A stretch of DNA of 64,000 nt from Octopus vulgaris (GCA_951406725.2 OX597818.1:4898001-4962000); one strand, 5' to 3'. Positions 14,625 through 30,755 are shown, numbered from the stretch's first letter. Program-made: numbers and translations. Notes: generated by a model not told the origin, from the sequence alone.

Positions 14625-14659
14625 GTTTCCGACGAAGAGTTCCGCTCGAAACGTCAAAC
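14625..14659 (+). ncRNA. Minimal type I hammerhead motif, C4 variant (CCGACGA)
   Basis: gttt-CCGACGA-a-gag(ttccg)ctc-GAAAC-GTC-aaac, within a PLE-type terminal repeat (about 14290-14755). Confidence 0.7.
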
Positions 14660-14751
14660 CCTCCTTCTTCCCTTCTTTCCTGAGCGTCCAATAATACTTT
14701 ATTTGTTCCACATCCTTGCGTTGTTGTTTTTTTGTTTTCTTGTTTGGATTA

Positions 14752-14812
<61 letters not shown>

Positions 14813-15185
14813 CATATATATAATCATTCAACATCAGGTAATCGACATCAGGTAAATTAAAATTTTGTAGATTGGATACAGGAACTTAGCTTCTCGTTGA
14901 AACACACATACAAGCACACTAACACTCACACACACACGCGCACGCACACACACAAGCAGGCACATACACACACATACACAGGCGCACACACACAAACATA
15001 CATACGCACACACACACACACACACACACACTAACATTCACACATACATATCAATTCGTACTCTACACAGCATGTATTAATATATGTGTTTGCATTTCAA
15101 GTTTGAAATGTTGTTGGAATCATATTCGCCTGTAGAATATGACGCTTGAGTATATTTAGGGAAAATTGGAACTGTATGCTATTTC

Positions 15186-15249
<64 letters not shown>

Positions 15250-15385
15250 TAATAAGGGTAGAAATTGATATTAGTCAATTAAAACCAGTGTCTTAGCATA
15301 TTTAAAAAAATTCGAAAATTAAAATTGTGTTACATACAAAATTTAGAGGACTTCACCACTAAAGTGGTCAGTCCTCTGAATTTTG

Positions 15386-15416
<31 letters not shown>

Positions 15417-15496
15417 GTACTTTCGTGTAGCAGGAATGTATATTAACTTACATGCATACATATATACATATTCACATACGTACTGACATTTATATG

Positions 15497-15570
<74 letters not shown>

Positions 15571-15574
15571 TATG

Positions 15575-16151
15575 TGGGTACAGGACGTCACAAAACGTAA
15601 ACAACATGATATACGAAAACATGAACTCCGAAATACGAAAACCAATGTGAAATAAGAAGACAAACATTTTTATGCGAACAACGAGAGAAACAAATGGAAA
15701 AGAAGACAAGTAACATAAAGAAAGACCCTTCATCAGTTGTTGGCTATTTATCTACTCCACATTTCGAGCAATTCATGACAATACGTGCCTTCGAGAAAAC
15801 AGTTGCTCCCGCAAATTAAAAAAAAATTGCGATGTGCGGAGGTTCAAAATTCGTAACAAAAACAGTACAATGAAACAAATAGTGAGGGCTACTAAGCCAC
15901 ATGAGTTAAGGTGGCGAATGCTGAGGAACATTATTTGACAGGAGAAAAGATAGGAGAGGAAACACACAAGAATGAGTCTGGTCCGTGCAACAGACCGAAA
16001 GAAAAAAGATGAACGCGTCTGGAAAAGAAACATGGACGATGGTCACGTGTGAGCAACAAGCGAGTAAAAGAGAAAGAGGGAGAGAGAGAGATAGATAGAA
16101 AACGGTGAAGGAGAGAAAAAAGAATCTACGTTTTATGACGTCCTGTACCCA
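15575..16151. mobile_element. Non-coding element bounded by 25-bp inverted repeats, embedded in (TA)n
   Basis: tgggtacaggacgtcacaaaacgta (15575-15599) and tacgttttatgacgtcctgtaccca (16127-16151). Confidence 0.7.
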
Positions 16152-16167
16152 TACATACATACATACA

Positions 16168-18095
<1,928 letters not shown>

Positions 18096-18096
18096 C

Positions 18097-18165
<69 letters not shown>

Positions 18166-18258
18166 AGTATGTGCATATATGTATCTATATATGCCTATAC
18201 ACATATTTTATTTATATTATTGCACGATTGAATGCCACGCACCCATTTCCACGTAAGT

Positions 18259-18345
<87 letters not shown>

Positions 18346-18953
18346 CCTGTCTATCTATCTGTCTATATATATGTATATATACTGAAATATGTGTATAAAA
18401 TTATGTTATATATTATGTATTCAAATATTAATATATAGGCATATGAGATTTATATATATCTATATAATTCATATACAATTTATATTACTCGTAGACGTAT
18501 AGAAAATGCTGAGGTACACGCGCGTGCCTATATCTATTCGCATGTGTTGTGTTAGATTTGCTTTCCAGATTAAAATGACTTCCGTGCTAATGGAAGGTTT
18601 TCATGTGTTCTGTAAGATGCACCAGTGAACAATTATTATATAAAGACAGGTAGCTGAATATTTTTTTTGACAGAACTGATTCACATATATTTGAAAACTG
18701 TATTGTAGATTGCTTAACGTGGTAAGATATTTCAACATGATTTCGACATAAAAAATAATGAATAATAACATCTTTAAAAACAAAATAAATACACTAAAAG
18801 CACCAACAAAATAAATTTGTAATACGATTCCATTTCCATTCGTAGAATTGAAATAACAAACGAAATGGGTTTTATACTTGATGTACAAAAAAAAAATTGT
18901 ACTTCATTAAAAGTGTTTAGACATAGACAGGTACACAACTTCTGCATGCGTAT

Positions 18954-19032
<79 letters not shown>

Positions 19033-20849
19033 AATATATGCATATATGTGTATGTATGTGTGTGTAAACACACACACGTATATATATGTGTATACTGTAA
19101 ATAATATTTTATAAGCTTAAATCTTATAAACGATCACTCTGTATTGACTAAAGAAAAGAGTCTAATATTGGGGAATATAAGCCCGCGACGGAAAAATATG
19201 GGTTTTCCGTACGCATGGGACGTGAACCCACACCTGTTATATTCGCTATAGATGTGTTTATCATACACCCATGTACACACCTACTTATTCCCGTTAGATT
19301 AAGAACTATACTTTCATAGTGTTGTTTTTTAAACAAACAAATATGTGCGTTTTCTGCAATGAATCGAGAAGCGGTGATGAGTGACAATTCTATGCATATT
19401 TTTGTATGTACGTATACAATTCTATCTATATTTTTGTGTATATATATTTATATACAGACATATTCGTCCACCTATCCATTTTCTCCGCCCACTGTTCTTA
19501 ACAGAGCAGGTAGAATCTTCTACACCTCCACTGTATAGTATTATCAGAAATAACGACTAGACTAGGATTGATACCCTGCTCTTGGATTTATGCACCCTGT
19601 CAGGTAACGTTACTCCAGAGATCCCATTTCGGCCGCTTGTATTTGCGACTGGATATTTTCGGTCATTCCTCAACCTGTGTGTGTATTCGCTTTTCACGCT
19701 AAAACGGCTGCGCGAATTGCTTCCATGCATGAGATGCATGAATAATTTGACATCGGATACATAATAGCGTCTTCAGTTTATTTTTTTTTAGTAAAGATAA
19801 ATAATATTGCTTTATTTATATGATTCACTTCTTCAAAAAGGTTTCTCAAATTCAACGGCGAAATTTTCCATTTTCATTTGCAAAATCTCTCACTCCCTAT
19901 TTTAATGTATTCATTTCAAATTTTAATTCGCTATTTGCAAATAACTACGATAAATTACTGAAAAGAATATTTACTATGTTCACAAATTTCAATATTCGGT
20001 ATGAGAAAGTTTTTAACGAGCTTTTATTTATACGATTTTTTCATTTCATGTTTATTTCATTCATTGTCTGGAATGTTCTCTCTCCCCCTCTCCCTCACAC
20101 ACACACATACACACGTACACACACACTGCCTCTCTAATATAAACACACATACACATCAGGATTGATTTCGTTATTACACAAATATCACATTGTAATTTAA
20201 CAATTCAACATGGGCCGTCCAAAGAAGGGTTTTATTTATTTACCTTTTGCGCGCCTTGTGCAGCTTTATATATTTGTAGTTAGTCACATACGCACATGTG
20301 TGTTTCTGTATGTACGTGTGTATACGTTTATGAATGAGAGTATGTTTGTGTGTGTGTGAGTGTGTGTGAGAAAGAGAGAGAGAGTGAGTGAAGTGTGTGC
20401 TGTCATGTATACGTAAATACATAAATACATATGCATACATATTTTTGGTATGTATGTGTGCATGTGTGTGTGAGAGAGAAAGAGCGATGTCTATATGGCA
20501 CTCACCCTCTCTCTCTCACACACGCACACATACATATAAAAAGGATTTATGCTTATTTATGTATCTACGTATACATGACAACACACCCTTCACTCTCTCA
20601 GTTCGTTTCATCTGCTGTTTGATACTGTATGTGTGTGTGTGTAAGTATGCATGCGTGCGTGTGTGTACAAGTATTCGTGCGTGCGTACGACGTTCTACCA
20701 TCAACATTTATTTCAATCACTTTTGTGAAGATATTCAATCACGTCACTCATTTTTTCATTTAATCCTCATTTTAATTTTCAAAATAGTTTCCGAGAACAA
20801 TGTGCTGACTCTCTACAAGCGAAGGGGTAGATGTAGACGATCAGTATCC

Positions 20850-23070
20850 TACAGTGAAGCAAAGACGAGAACAGGTAGCCAGATTCAATGATGAGTTCTG
20901 CAACTCTGTTAACTCTATTAAGTATGTTTGCAAATATATAAACAAAGTAATAGATGCTGCAACATATACTCTTATGCAGAATGGCAGTCAGCAGATAAAT
21001 AAAAATAACGAAGTTGAACAGTATGATAGAGGAAGATACATCAGTACCAACAAGCTTTTTGGTGTATCTTCAATTTTTCTCATTCATGACAGCCCCTCTT
21101 GCAGCCTTTTTTTAAGTTGATGAAGTAGATGGCAAGTAGATGAAGATGCAAAAAAACTCCTTTACTCACAATTACCCAAGTATTATACTGGAGAAACAAT
21201 AAATTCCACAAGAGGAAACGTGGGCTGAGTTTACTTGCAAGAGTTTACAGTGTCCACCCAAGTCAAGCAGAATGTTACTACTTACGGCTCCTTTTGCATG
21301 AAGTACGTGGTCCCAAATCATTCTAAGATTCGAGGAGGGTAAATAGTCATGTGTGTGAAACTTATACGTAAGCAAGCTATCAACAAGGGTTTTTAGAAAA
21401 TTATGAGCATTGGGACATTGCATTGACTGAAGCATTAATATCAGATTCTCCAAGGAAACTCCGTAACCTTTTTGCAATTATATTGAACATGTGTCAACTT
21501 GGCAGTCCCCTACAGCTTTGGATGATACAGCGAGAAGACGTGGCGGAGGCCTTACAATATGCAGTTCAACAGGCAAAACCAGATATCGATATTCAGTTCA
21601 CTGAAACAATTCTTAACCAAGCACTGACTGAAACTGAGGATCAAGTTTTGGCGATAGGTAGCAAAAATTTGCAAGAGTCTAGCTCTGGAATGCCAAACTT
21701 TCAAATTAGTGATTTAACATCAAGAGACATAACAAGAGAGACAAATTATGACATCACAGACTTGGTTGCATTTGTGAATGAGCATGATCCTAAACGTCAT
21801 CCAGAACAACGCTATGCGTATGATAAAATTATTTCATCAGTCAGAGAAAAAGGAGGAATTTTCTTCCTTGATGCTCCTGGTGGTACAGGTAAAACATTTG
21901 TAACAATATTACTAGTCTCCAATAAAAAAGAATTGCAATTGCTGTAGCATCGTCTGGCTTTGTTGCCACTATTATCCCAGGAGGACGAACTGCTTATTCT
22001 GCTTTTAAATTACAGCTGAACCTAGTCACAAATGACAGTCCAATTTGTAAAATAAGCAATGGTTCAGATTCAGCAGAAGTGTTGCGACGATGCCACTGAT
22101 TATTTGGGATGAATGCACCATGTCACATAGAGGTGAAATGGAAGCCCTTGATAATACCTTGCAGGACAAAAGAGGCAACAGTAAACTTATAGGAGGAGTT
22201 ACATTAGTTTTATCACGAGACTTCAGACAGACATATCCACTCATTCCGAGACGAACAAGATCTGATGAAATAAAATCATGCATTAAGCCTTCACACCTAT
22301 GGAATAAAGTACAGAATATCTCCTTCAATGCTAACGCACGAGCTTTATTACATGACTACCAATGTGCAGAACAGTTTTAATCTTGGCTCCTCTAACTAGG
22401 AAATGGGAAAGTACCATTTGATGGGGTGGGGGTGATATCAATTTGGCTCATATTATTATCATTCCCCAGCTGAATTGAAGAACAGGGTATTTCCAGATTT
22501 ACGTAATAATTGTAATTCACATAAACTGCTGTGTGAAAGGGTAAGGATTAACCATGAATTAATGAATAAGATTCCAGCAGTCACTAGGGAGTATAAATCG
22601 GTTGATTCAGTCCTTAATTCTCTTAAGCCACCTAGAACTCCCCCAGACAAACTTTTTCTGAAGGTACGAGTCCTAATAATGCTTCTAAGAAATTTAGATT
22701 CTTCTAAATTATGCAGTGGGACACGGTTGATTGTGAATATGTTATCACCTAATGTGATAGAAGCTACCATTATCACTGGATGTACCTGTGGAGAAGAGGT
22801 CTTCATTCCAAGAATTTCAATCAAACCAACAAACATGCCGTTTGAGTTCAAACGAACACAATTCCCCGTGTGATTTTGCTTCGGAATTGTCTATGAATAA
22901 AGGTCAAGGTCAGACTTTGAAATCTACTACCTTGCACTTAATTGAGCCTTGATTTTCACATGGTCAACTTCATGTTGGTTGCTCCAGGGATGGTAGCTTA
23001 CAAGACTTATTTGTCTCTGCTCCAAACCAGAAAACAAACAACGTTGTTTACTCAGAAACTCTTACATAAT
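20850..23070 (+). mobile_element. Helitron RepHel remnant (end of Rep plus PIF1 helicase)
   Basis: SIKYVCKYINK, GRYIST, FFLDAPGGTGKTF (Walker A), IIWDECTM (Walker B), MLLRNL..KLCSGTRL and FKRTQFPV; many frameshifts. Confidence 0.9.
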
Positions 23071-23186
23071 TTCCTTCAACATATGTGATAGAATTTATCT
23101 CCTTTCCTAAAAGTGGTAAATTTTGTATTTTCGTTTATTATTATTATTTTTTTCTTTCTTCAAATATTCTTCCATTTCTCGCTGAG

Positions 23187-25810
23187 AACAGTTTTTGTTT
23201 TGCTCGTGTTTTGCCGCTATTGTATCAGTTTTTCTTACTACTGAAGTTGATACTTTTGCAGTCCTATTGTGGTTATTATATAGTTTTCCAGCTGTATAAG
23301 GTCTCTAACATCTTCTATACGTTGTATATATAGCCTTTCTATGTCAGATTTTGGGTGATGCATCCTAGATCCTGTCATTATTTTTCTTGTTTTCCTGTCT
23401 ATTTTGGTTAGTTCATTTAGTGTCCAGTTAAGGATATTTTTAGCTGTAGCTTATAACTGGGACGGCTAAAGTGTTAATACCTATTATCTTGTTTTTAGGA
23501 TTGAGCTCTGTTTTTAGTATTGATCTAACTCGTTTATAGTATTCTTTCTTTATTTTCTCTTTTATTTGTGTGTGGTCCATGGATTCCTAAATATATGTAA
23601 GTTTGGCTTTGGTATAATTCTCTTATTTCATTGGCTTTATCTAGTGTGATGTTTCCCTCTTTTCAGGGTTACTTGGCGCACTTTTCTAATCCAAATTTCA
23701 TATCTATTTCTTTGGTAAATCCATAAACTGTCTGTAGTAGTGTTTCCAGCTGTTTGTCATTTGTAGCGCATAGTTTTAGGTCATCCATATATAAAATATG
23801 GCTGATCGTTTTGCCGTAACATTTGTATCCGCATCCAGTTTTATTTAGCATATCAGATAGAGGTGACAGTGCCAAGCAGAAAAGGAGTGGAGAGAGCGTG
23901 TCTCCCTGGAATATTCCTCTTCTAATGGGGATGGCCTTGGTTTTCACGAGTCCCTCTTTTGTTTGGAGCTGTAGCACTGTCTGCCATTTATTCATAGTGT
24001 CTTATGTATTTTATAATTGTTTCTGCTATCTTGTTAATGGCTAGTGTTTCGAGGATCCATGTGTGGGGAATGCTATCAAACGCCTTTCGGTAGTCGATCC
24101 AGGCCATACTGATGCCTTTCTTCTTTCTGCGGCTGTCTTCAGTTATGGCTTTATTGATCATTAGTTGATCTTTACAGCCATATGAGCCCTTGCAGCATCC
24201 TTTCTGCTCTTATGGAAACAGGTTGTTTTCTTTCAGATGCTTGTTTAATCTTTGCGATATTACAGCAATAAAGGCTTTGTACATTGTAGGGAGACAGGTC
24301 TGTAGTTTTCTGGTTTTGCCGTTTCATTGGATTTGGGAATTAGGATGGTTTTCCCTTTCGTGAGACATTCAAGCATTGTCTCTGGCTCTGATAGTACGTC
24401 GTTAAAGTTTTCAGCCAGCTTTTTGTCCATTCCTGTCAGATATTTCAACTGGAAGTTGGGGATCTTGTGCCCAGGTGCCTTCCAGTTGCTTAGTCTTTGC
24501 AGTGCCTGGGTGACCTCTTCAGTTGTTATGGGGGTCCAGAGTTGCTCAGGTGCTAAGTTGTTTTTTTTAATAGTCCTTTTCTGAAGTTGTTCATTCGCCG
24601 ACCATATTTCTTTCCAAAATTCCTCCACTTCTGCCGTTGGTGCTGCAGTGATGTCTATTTCATTTTTGCCAAGTTCTTGGTAGAACATTTTGGGGTTGGA
24701 GTTGAACTATTTGTTTTGTTCAAAGAAAAGTTAGCGTTTCTCATAGCGGCGGATCCTTTGCGCTTTGGCAAGGATATATTGCTTTAGCTTTTCTTTTATC
24801 TCAGGTAAATCGTTTTCTGTGATGTTGTATTTGCACAGTATTTTTGTTTTCTTCTTGTTACTCAGTAGCGTTGATTGTCTACTAATTTCGTTAAGAATCG
24901 ACAGATCTTTTCTCATTTTTGCATTTTTTATTTATGTTATTTATCCACAGGTTTGTTTGGGTGGTAGTACTTCTGTTTGGATGGGTTTGAGTGAGTATCC
25001 AGCTTCTTTTGTGGCTGCAGTGGCTGCTGCGTATACTAAGTCATTTAGCTTAGTGATATCTTGAGATCTGTGGTTTTCAGTTCTTTGATTATTTTAGTTT
25101 TTGTAGTATCATAATCATTAGGTTCCCCTTCGTTGTTTCCAGATTTTAGATTTGTTTCGTTTTCTTTCTCATTTGTGTGTTTGTCTGTGGTGTTTTGGTT
25201 TGGTGCATTTTGTACATTATTATGCATCCCTACGGTCTGGGTTTGTTGTTTTTTGTTGGAAATGTTACGTTTGTCTTCGTGTTTTACTACCTCAGTGTTT
25301 ATATTATTTAGCATTATTGTATGGCTTCTATCTACATTTTCCTGATGTATTTTTCTTTTAAATGTTCTATTTCTATTTCTGAGATTTTTTTGCGTTGAGA
25401 ATATATCTTCGGATATTAGCTAGTTTGTTAGGGTTCATTGCTGCATCCAAGTTTTTATTTAGGTTAATTTTCTTCCTTATTTTATATGTATATGTTGTGC
25501 TTTCGTTCTTTGGGTAGAGCATGTAGGATTGAAATATATTCCTCACGTGTCCATTTATGCCTTTTTGGTTTTATTTGCGGGACATGAGGAACAACGTCCG
25601 GCTCTTTATGTTGACGGTCATCATTTTCGTAGGGTACCAGTCCGTTCATTTCTGTTGTCACATTGTTTCGCACGTCTAGTTTTTCGTGCACTTCCCGGTT
25701 GTTATTCTTGGGTTGAATAATACCGGTGTTATTTAATTTATTTGTAATTATTTTTGTACATGGTATTTGGGGCCGGAGATGGTCTGGTGTTGATGGATCG
25801 TAATATATCA
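23187..25810 (-). mobile_element. R4/Dong-type non-LTR retrotransposon, N-terminal and RT region, decayed
   Basis: NWKAPG, PENYRP, GIFQGDTLSPLLFC, LYMDDLKL and MKFGLEKCAK; lacks the endonuclease end. Confidence 0.85.
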
Positions 25811-26016
25811 AGCATGTTTACATGTGCTGTGCGAGAGGTGGGAATGATATCCAGTTAAAATACATAATTTCATTTGGAAAATAGTTATAAATTTCAATGA
25901 GTATTACTTACTCGGATATAGTCCAATCCTTTGTCAGCTATTTTTTGACTCCATGCGATGTCTTTAGTTCCGATGATTGTGGATAGATTTCGGAGCATTG
26001 TTTTATCGCTCTCACA

Positions 26017-26081
26017 TGTTAAACGTCCCCGGTGTCTTCTGTTAAACGCCCCCGATGTCTTCTGTTAAGCGTCTCCGGTAT

Positions 26082-26085
<4 letters not shown>
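26017..26085. repeat. Three tandem ~23-bp repeats followed by (TTC)n
   Basis: tgttaaacgtccccggtgtcttc-like unit, three times. Confidence 0.75.
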
Positions 26086-26112
<27 letters not shown>

Positions 26113-26283
26113 ATATTATTTTTCTTTTTCTTTTACTTCTTTCCTTCTTTCTTCAAATTTTCTTCCGTTTCTCGCCGAGTAAAGAAGCTAGGGCAAAGAA
26201 GCTCATTGTACGCATTCCCAGATTACAAATTTCTATACAACATATTTTGCTTTTTCTTTCAATATATAAGGAACAATTTCATT

Positions 26284-26311
26284 CCCGGTCAACACCGGGT
26301 GCCTCTGCTAG
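26284..26311 (+). terminator. Helitron-type 3' terminus (hairpin followed by CTAG)
   Basis: CCCGGT-caac-ACCGGG hairpin, 8 nt, then CTAG followed by T. Confidence 0.7.
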
Positions 26312-26366
26312 TATTTATATAAATATTATGTATGTATATATTACTCTCTTTATTTCTCTCTCTCTC

Positions 26367-26427
<61 letters not shown>

Positions 26428-26450
26428 ACACACATATATATATATATATC

Positions 26451-26816
26451 ATTGTATCTCGGGATAGTCGTTCTTTTTGTTTGCCAAATAAACACACGCA
26501 CTATACATTCATTCTTCACTCATTTATTACTTCTAACTCATGTCCATTAGCCGGAAATCTTTCGTCACACATCTGTGACCTCTTCAACAACACCTTCCGT
26601 CTTCGTGTTTACTCTTGCTCCGTTTAGTCCATTCTGGAGAACAGATAGTGGACTAAACGGAAAGTGTCGCTGAAGAGGTCACAGATGTGTGACGAAAGAG
26701 TTCCGGATAATGGACATGAGTTCGGATTAGAGCAATAATAAACGAGGGAAGAACGAATATACAGTGCGTGTGTTTATTAGGCAAAAAAAGAAATTACCAT
26801 CCCGAAATGCACCAAT
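26451..26816. repeat. Diverged inverted repeat with an HHR motif in each arm
   Basis: 26451-26600 versus 26658-26816. Plus-strand HHR at 26666-26707: gtcg-CTGAAGA-g-gtcaca(gatg)tgtgac-GAAA-gag-TTC-cgg. Confidence 0.8.
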
Positions 26817-26917
26817 AAGTGTTTCAACACTCGGTTTCACATGTGGAATCTTGCAACACAAATTTATCAACGTATACACACACACACACACACACACACA
26901 GACACACACACACACAC

Positions 26918-26968
<51 letters not shown>

Positions 26969-27239
26969 ACTGAAAATCAAGAGGAGATGGAAATTTATTC
27001 ACATCCAAAACTTTATAAAAATACTGTGTACAGCATGTATAAAACAATGACCACCATATGTTCTATTGCTTTGACTGCACATTGCTCTGTATGCAATTAT
27101 GCATCCTAGTTGCTGCAATTTCATCAAGGGTTCATCACTTATGTCGTTTTGTAAGTGAACTATTGAAACAAGTTCCTGCGTTGGTATCGAAGGTAACAGC
27201 GTTACTTTTTAAATCGAATTGAATTCTTGCCTTATAAGC

Positions 27240-28283
27240 GTGTTTTCACTTCACTACCAAGCGCAGCTCTGTGTGCCTTGGGTATGTGCTGTGATTTGTT
27301 GTGATGCTCTGATGGTTATTGTATGGAAAGTGTTCTGCGTTGGATGTGTGCAGTGCCTAGTAGTGCAATTTTCTGTATGTTATATGTATTTGTAAGTCCT
27401 GGTGTTTTTGTTATGTATTTGTCTGAATATTTTTTTATCATGCCTAATGCACCTACTATGATAGGAATTGTTTCTGTTTTCAGGTTCCACATTCTAGTTA
27501 CCTCTATTTCCAGGTCTTTGTATTTTGAGAGTTTCTCCATTTCTTTTAGAGACACGTTGTCATCTGCCGGTATTGATACATCAATTAAAAAGCATTTTTT
27601 TTCTTCATGATCTCTGACAACTATATCTGGTCTGTTGGCCTTAATTTCTCTATCTGTGTGTATCGGCATATCCCAGAGTATGGTTGCTTTCTCGTTTTCT
27701 GTGACCTTTTCTGGTGTGTGCCTATACCATCTTTTTTCTGTTGTTATTCCATAATGTTGGCATAGCTTCCAATGTATGTAGGTTCCAACTCTGTCATGTC
27801 TGTGAATATACTCCTTCTTAGCCAGGACTGGGCAGCTAGAGATAATATGATTTATTGTTTCTTGTCCATCTCCACATATTCTGCAGTTACTTGTAATATT
27901 TCTTTTCATTACATGTTTTTGGTAATTTCTGGTGGGGAGGCTTTGGTCTTGTGCTGCAATTAAAAATCCCTCTGTTTCTGCTTTGAGTCCTGAGCTTCTC
28001 AACCATTGCTGGGATTTTTCTTTGTCTATTTCTTTTGCGTTTAGTTTAGTGCAGTATTTACCATGAAGGGGCTTTTCATGCCATCGTTTTATCATGGCTC
28101 GTTGCTGTTCTATTTTTAGTTTGGATTTCATTTGTTTTATAGCTTTTGTTGTTTCTTCATCATCTTTTTCTTCTTCTTCTTCGTATTTATTAGGTGGTAT
28201 GATTTCTTGTTTGTATTTGTCAGCTTCCTTAAATACTGAGAACAGTTTTTTGTTTTGCTCGTGTTTTGCTGCTATCTGGATCA

Positions 28284-28285
<2 letters not shown>
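27240..28285 (-). mobile_element. R4/Dong-type LINE 3' part with open zinc knuckle and restriction-like endonuclease
   Basis: CRICGDGQETINHIISSC, RHD, RPDIVV..IDV..EKLSKY; abuts (ATT)n. Confidence 0.9.
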
Positions 28286-28331
<46 letters not shown>

Positions 28332-28589
28332 CATTACAACGCAAATATGAAAATTTTGGTTATCCATTTCAAATGTCAGTAAAGGCTAACTGGAATGAAG
28401 GATAAATCTATTTATAGTCAGGAACAAAAAAGACATGCACTACCGCTTCAAGTAATGCGAAAGGTTTTAATAGTGTTACGTTTCAGGGGTGTTCAGTGAA
28501 GCGTTAAAAATTTAGTTTAAAAACGTTCGGACTGACTACAATTAGATAACCTAATATATATAATTATGTATATAAATATATTCTTTTCT

Positions 28590-29186
28590 ATTCTAGGCAC
28601 AAGGCCCACAATTTTGTGGGAGAGCGCTAGTCGATTAGATCAACCTCAGTAGCAACTGGTACTTAATTTATCGACCCCGGAAGGATGAAAGGCAAAGTCG
28701 ACCTCAAAAAAATTTAAACTCAGAATGTAAAGACAATCGAAATACCGCTAAACATTTCGCTCGTTGTGCTAACGTTTCTTATTTCTTTATTGCCCACAAG
28801 GGGCTAAACATAGAGGGGACAAACAAGGACAGACAAAGGGATTACATCGACCCCAGTGCGTAACTGGTACTTAATTTATCGACCCCGAAAGGATGAAAGG
28901 CGAAGTCGACCTCGACGGAATTTGAACTCAAAACGTAACGGCAGACGAAATACCTATTTCTTTCCTACCCACAATGGGCTAAACACGGAAGGGACAAACA
29001 CGGACAGACAAAGGAATTAAGTCGATTACATCGACCCCAGTGCGTAACTGGTACTTATTTAATCGACTCCGAAAGGATGAAAGGCAAAGTCGACCTCGGT
29101 GGAATTTGAACTCAGAATGTAGCGGCAGACGAAATACCGCTAAGCATTTCGCCCGGCGTGTTAACGTTTCTGCCTGCTCACCGCCT
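28590..29186 (-). mobile_element. Tandem trimer of Nin-domain tRNA SINE
   Basis: atcgaccccgaaaggatgaaaggcaaagtcgacctc occurs three times; the tRNA-like head is at the right end. Confidence 0.85.
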
Positions 29187-29726
29187 TATGTATACAAATA
29201 TATTAAATAACAAACATACGTGTTTGTGTGTGTGTTTGTGTATGTGCTTTGTGTGTGTGTGTGTGTGTGTGTACATGTATATGAATATATGCACGAAGAC
29301 ATGCACACATATGTACAAACACGTAATAGATATGTTCTAGTAAAACCAGATTTTTAAGTGTAATGTATTATATATAGATGGCTTTAAGAATTGATATATA
29401 TGTCCGTGCTTTTCTTTTGATACGTATATTTAAATAAGGAAAAAAATTAAGAGCTATGAATTTAGAAGAAATACTTAAATCATGTATCTACAAGAAGCGC
29501 AAAGGAATAACTAATTTATTCCTACATAAAATGAGAAAGACAAAAGCACAGAATTTGTGAAAATAATATTTCATATTTCACACATATTAAATTTTTAGTA
29601 ATATAAACATTACTTTTTATGTTAATACATATATCGATGAAGTATATAAAAAACGGTAGTTGAGGCCAGTGATGTGATTATTTGGAATAGATAATTATTT
29701 GAATGCATATATCAGATATATATACA

Positions 29727-30047
29727 CACCGTCTCCTCGCCTAACGACCTATGCGACTTACGACCATCCGCAATTACGACCACAAAAAATAAGAAAATGA
29801 ATAAATAAATAAATAAATCGATTTCTAGCGTTGGGCAGCTGCGCGTAGGATAGTTATGGCAGCATATGGCAACACAGATATCCCTCAGAAACGCATCCAC
29901 TGCCTTTACTCTCTCTAACACAGTTGCTGTCGAACATCAGTTTCGTTTGAAGGAATATAGTGTTGAAAAATATAAATCCGACATACGACCAGATCGACTT
30001 ACGACCTGTCAGTCCAAACGGAACTTAATCGTAAGCCGAGGAGGTAT

Positions 30048-30048
<1 letters not shown>
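29727..30048. mobile_element. Tigger/pogo-like MITE
   Basis: Imperfect TIRs (ctcctcgcctaacga / tcgtaagccgaggag), subterminal cgacttacgacc repeats, TA flanks. Confidence 0.6.
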
Positions 30049-30099
<51 letters not shown>

Positions 30100-30102
<3 letters not shown>

Positions 30103-30750
30103 TCTACACATTTCAACACTCCCATCCCTATACATCTCAACCCAGCCCACCCCACCCTAGCATCCCTCACTTTCGCCTCCCCCACATCCTAACATCCCCA
30201 CTCCACACCACCACACCACACACCACCACGCCACACACCACCACACCACCACACGCCACCACACCACACACCGCCATACCACACCACATCACACCACCTC
30301 GCACACACTAGCACTGACCACTTCCCACCACTCACACCAGTGCACACACTAGCAGTGACCACTTCTCAGCACCTACACCATCATCCACACACCTACACAT
30401 GCGCACACACACACGTCAATGTCACTAGCCCCCTTCCACACGCACGCACTCGCACCAACACGCTCTCACATACCCACGCACGCGCACCTTACTTTTGGAA
30501 ATCACCACTACTTTATTACCTCCTATTCTTCCTAGCTCTCATGCGTGACTCCTCTATCCGGTATTTGCCGTGATAGATCGCTAGCCACTTTACCTTTTCC
30601 TATTTTCTCTCCCTGTTTATTCCTGTGTTCTTTTCTGTCGATGAGCGTAGGCGCGACACGTAAAAGACTTTCTCACTTGCCGAGCGTTAAACTAATACAT
30701 CTGTTTGTCGTTTATACACCCGCCTTCGTCTTTTGTTCTTTTGTAAATTC

Positions 30751-30755
<5 letters not shown>
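30100..30755 (+). mobile_element. PLE 3' segment (CA-rich spacer plus terminal repeat) with decayed HHR at 30630-30666
   Basis: Homologous to the minus-strand 3' region of the RT-bearing PLE at 62035-62640; motif tttt-CTGTCGA..GACAC-GTA-aaag. Confidence 0.6.

Noticed and set aside
15722-15775. Minus-strand GAAA...CTGATGA that could be a permuted (type II) hammerhead
   Set aside because: No convincing stem I or stem III pairing or NUH triplet
18601-18888. Hydrophobic 95-aa ORF as a possible membrane-protein exon
   Set aside because: Composition expected from AT-rich DNA; no recognisable motif or splice support
19540-19770. Higher-GC block with a donor-like CAG/GTAAC, possible exon or Helitron 5' region
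   Set aside because: No recognisable peptide and no clear element boundary
26017-26085. CRISPR-like short repeats
   Set aside because: Contiguous tandem units without spacers, in a eukaryotic context with no cas genes
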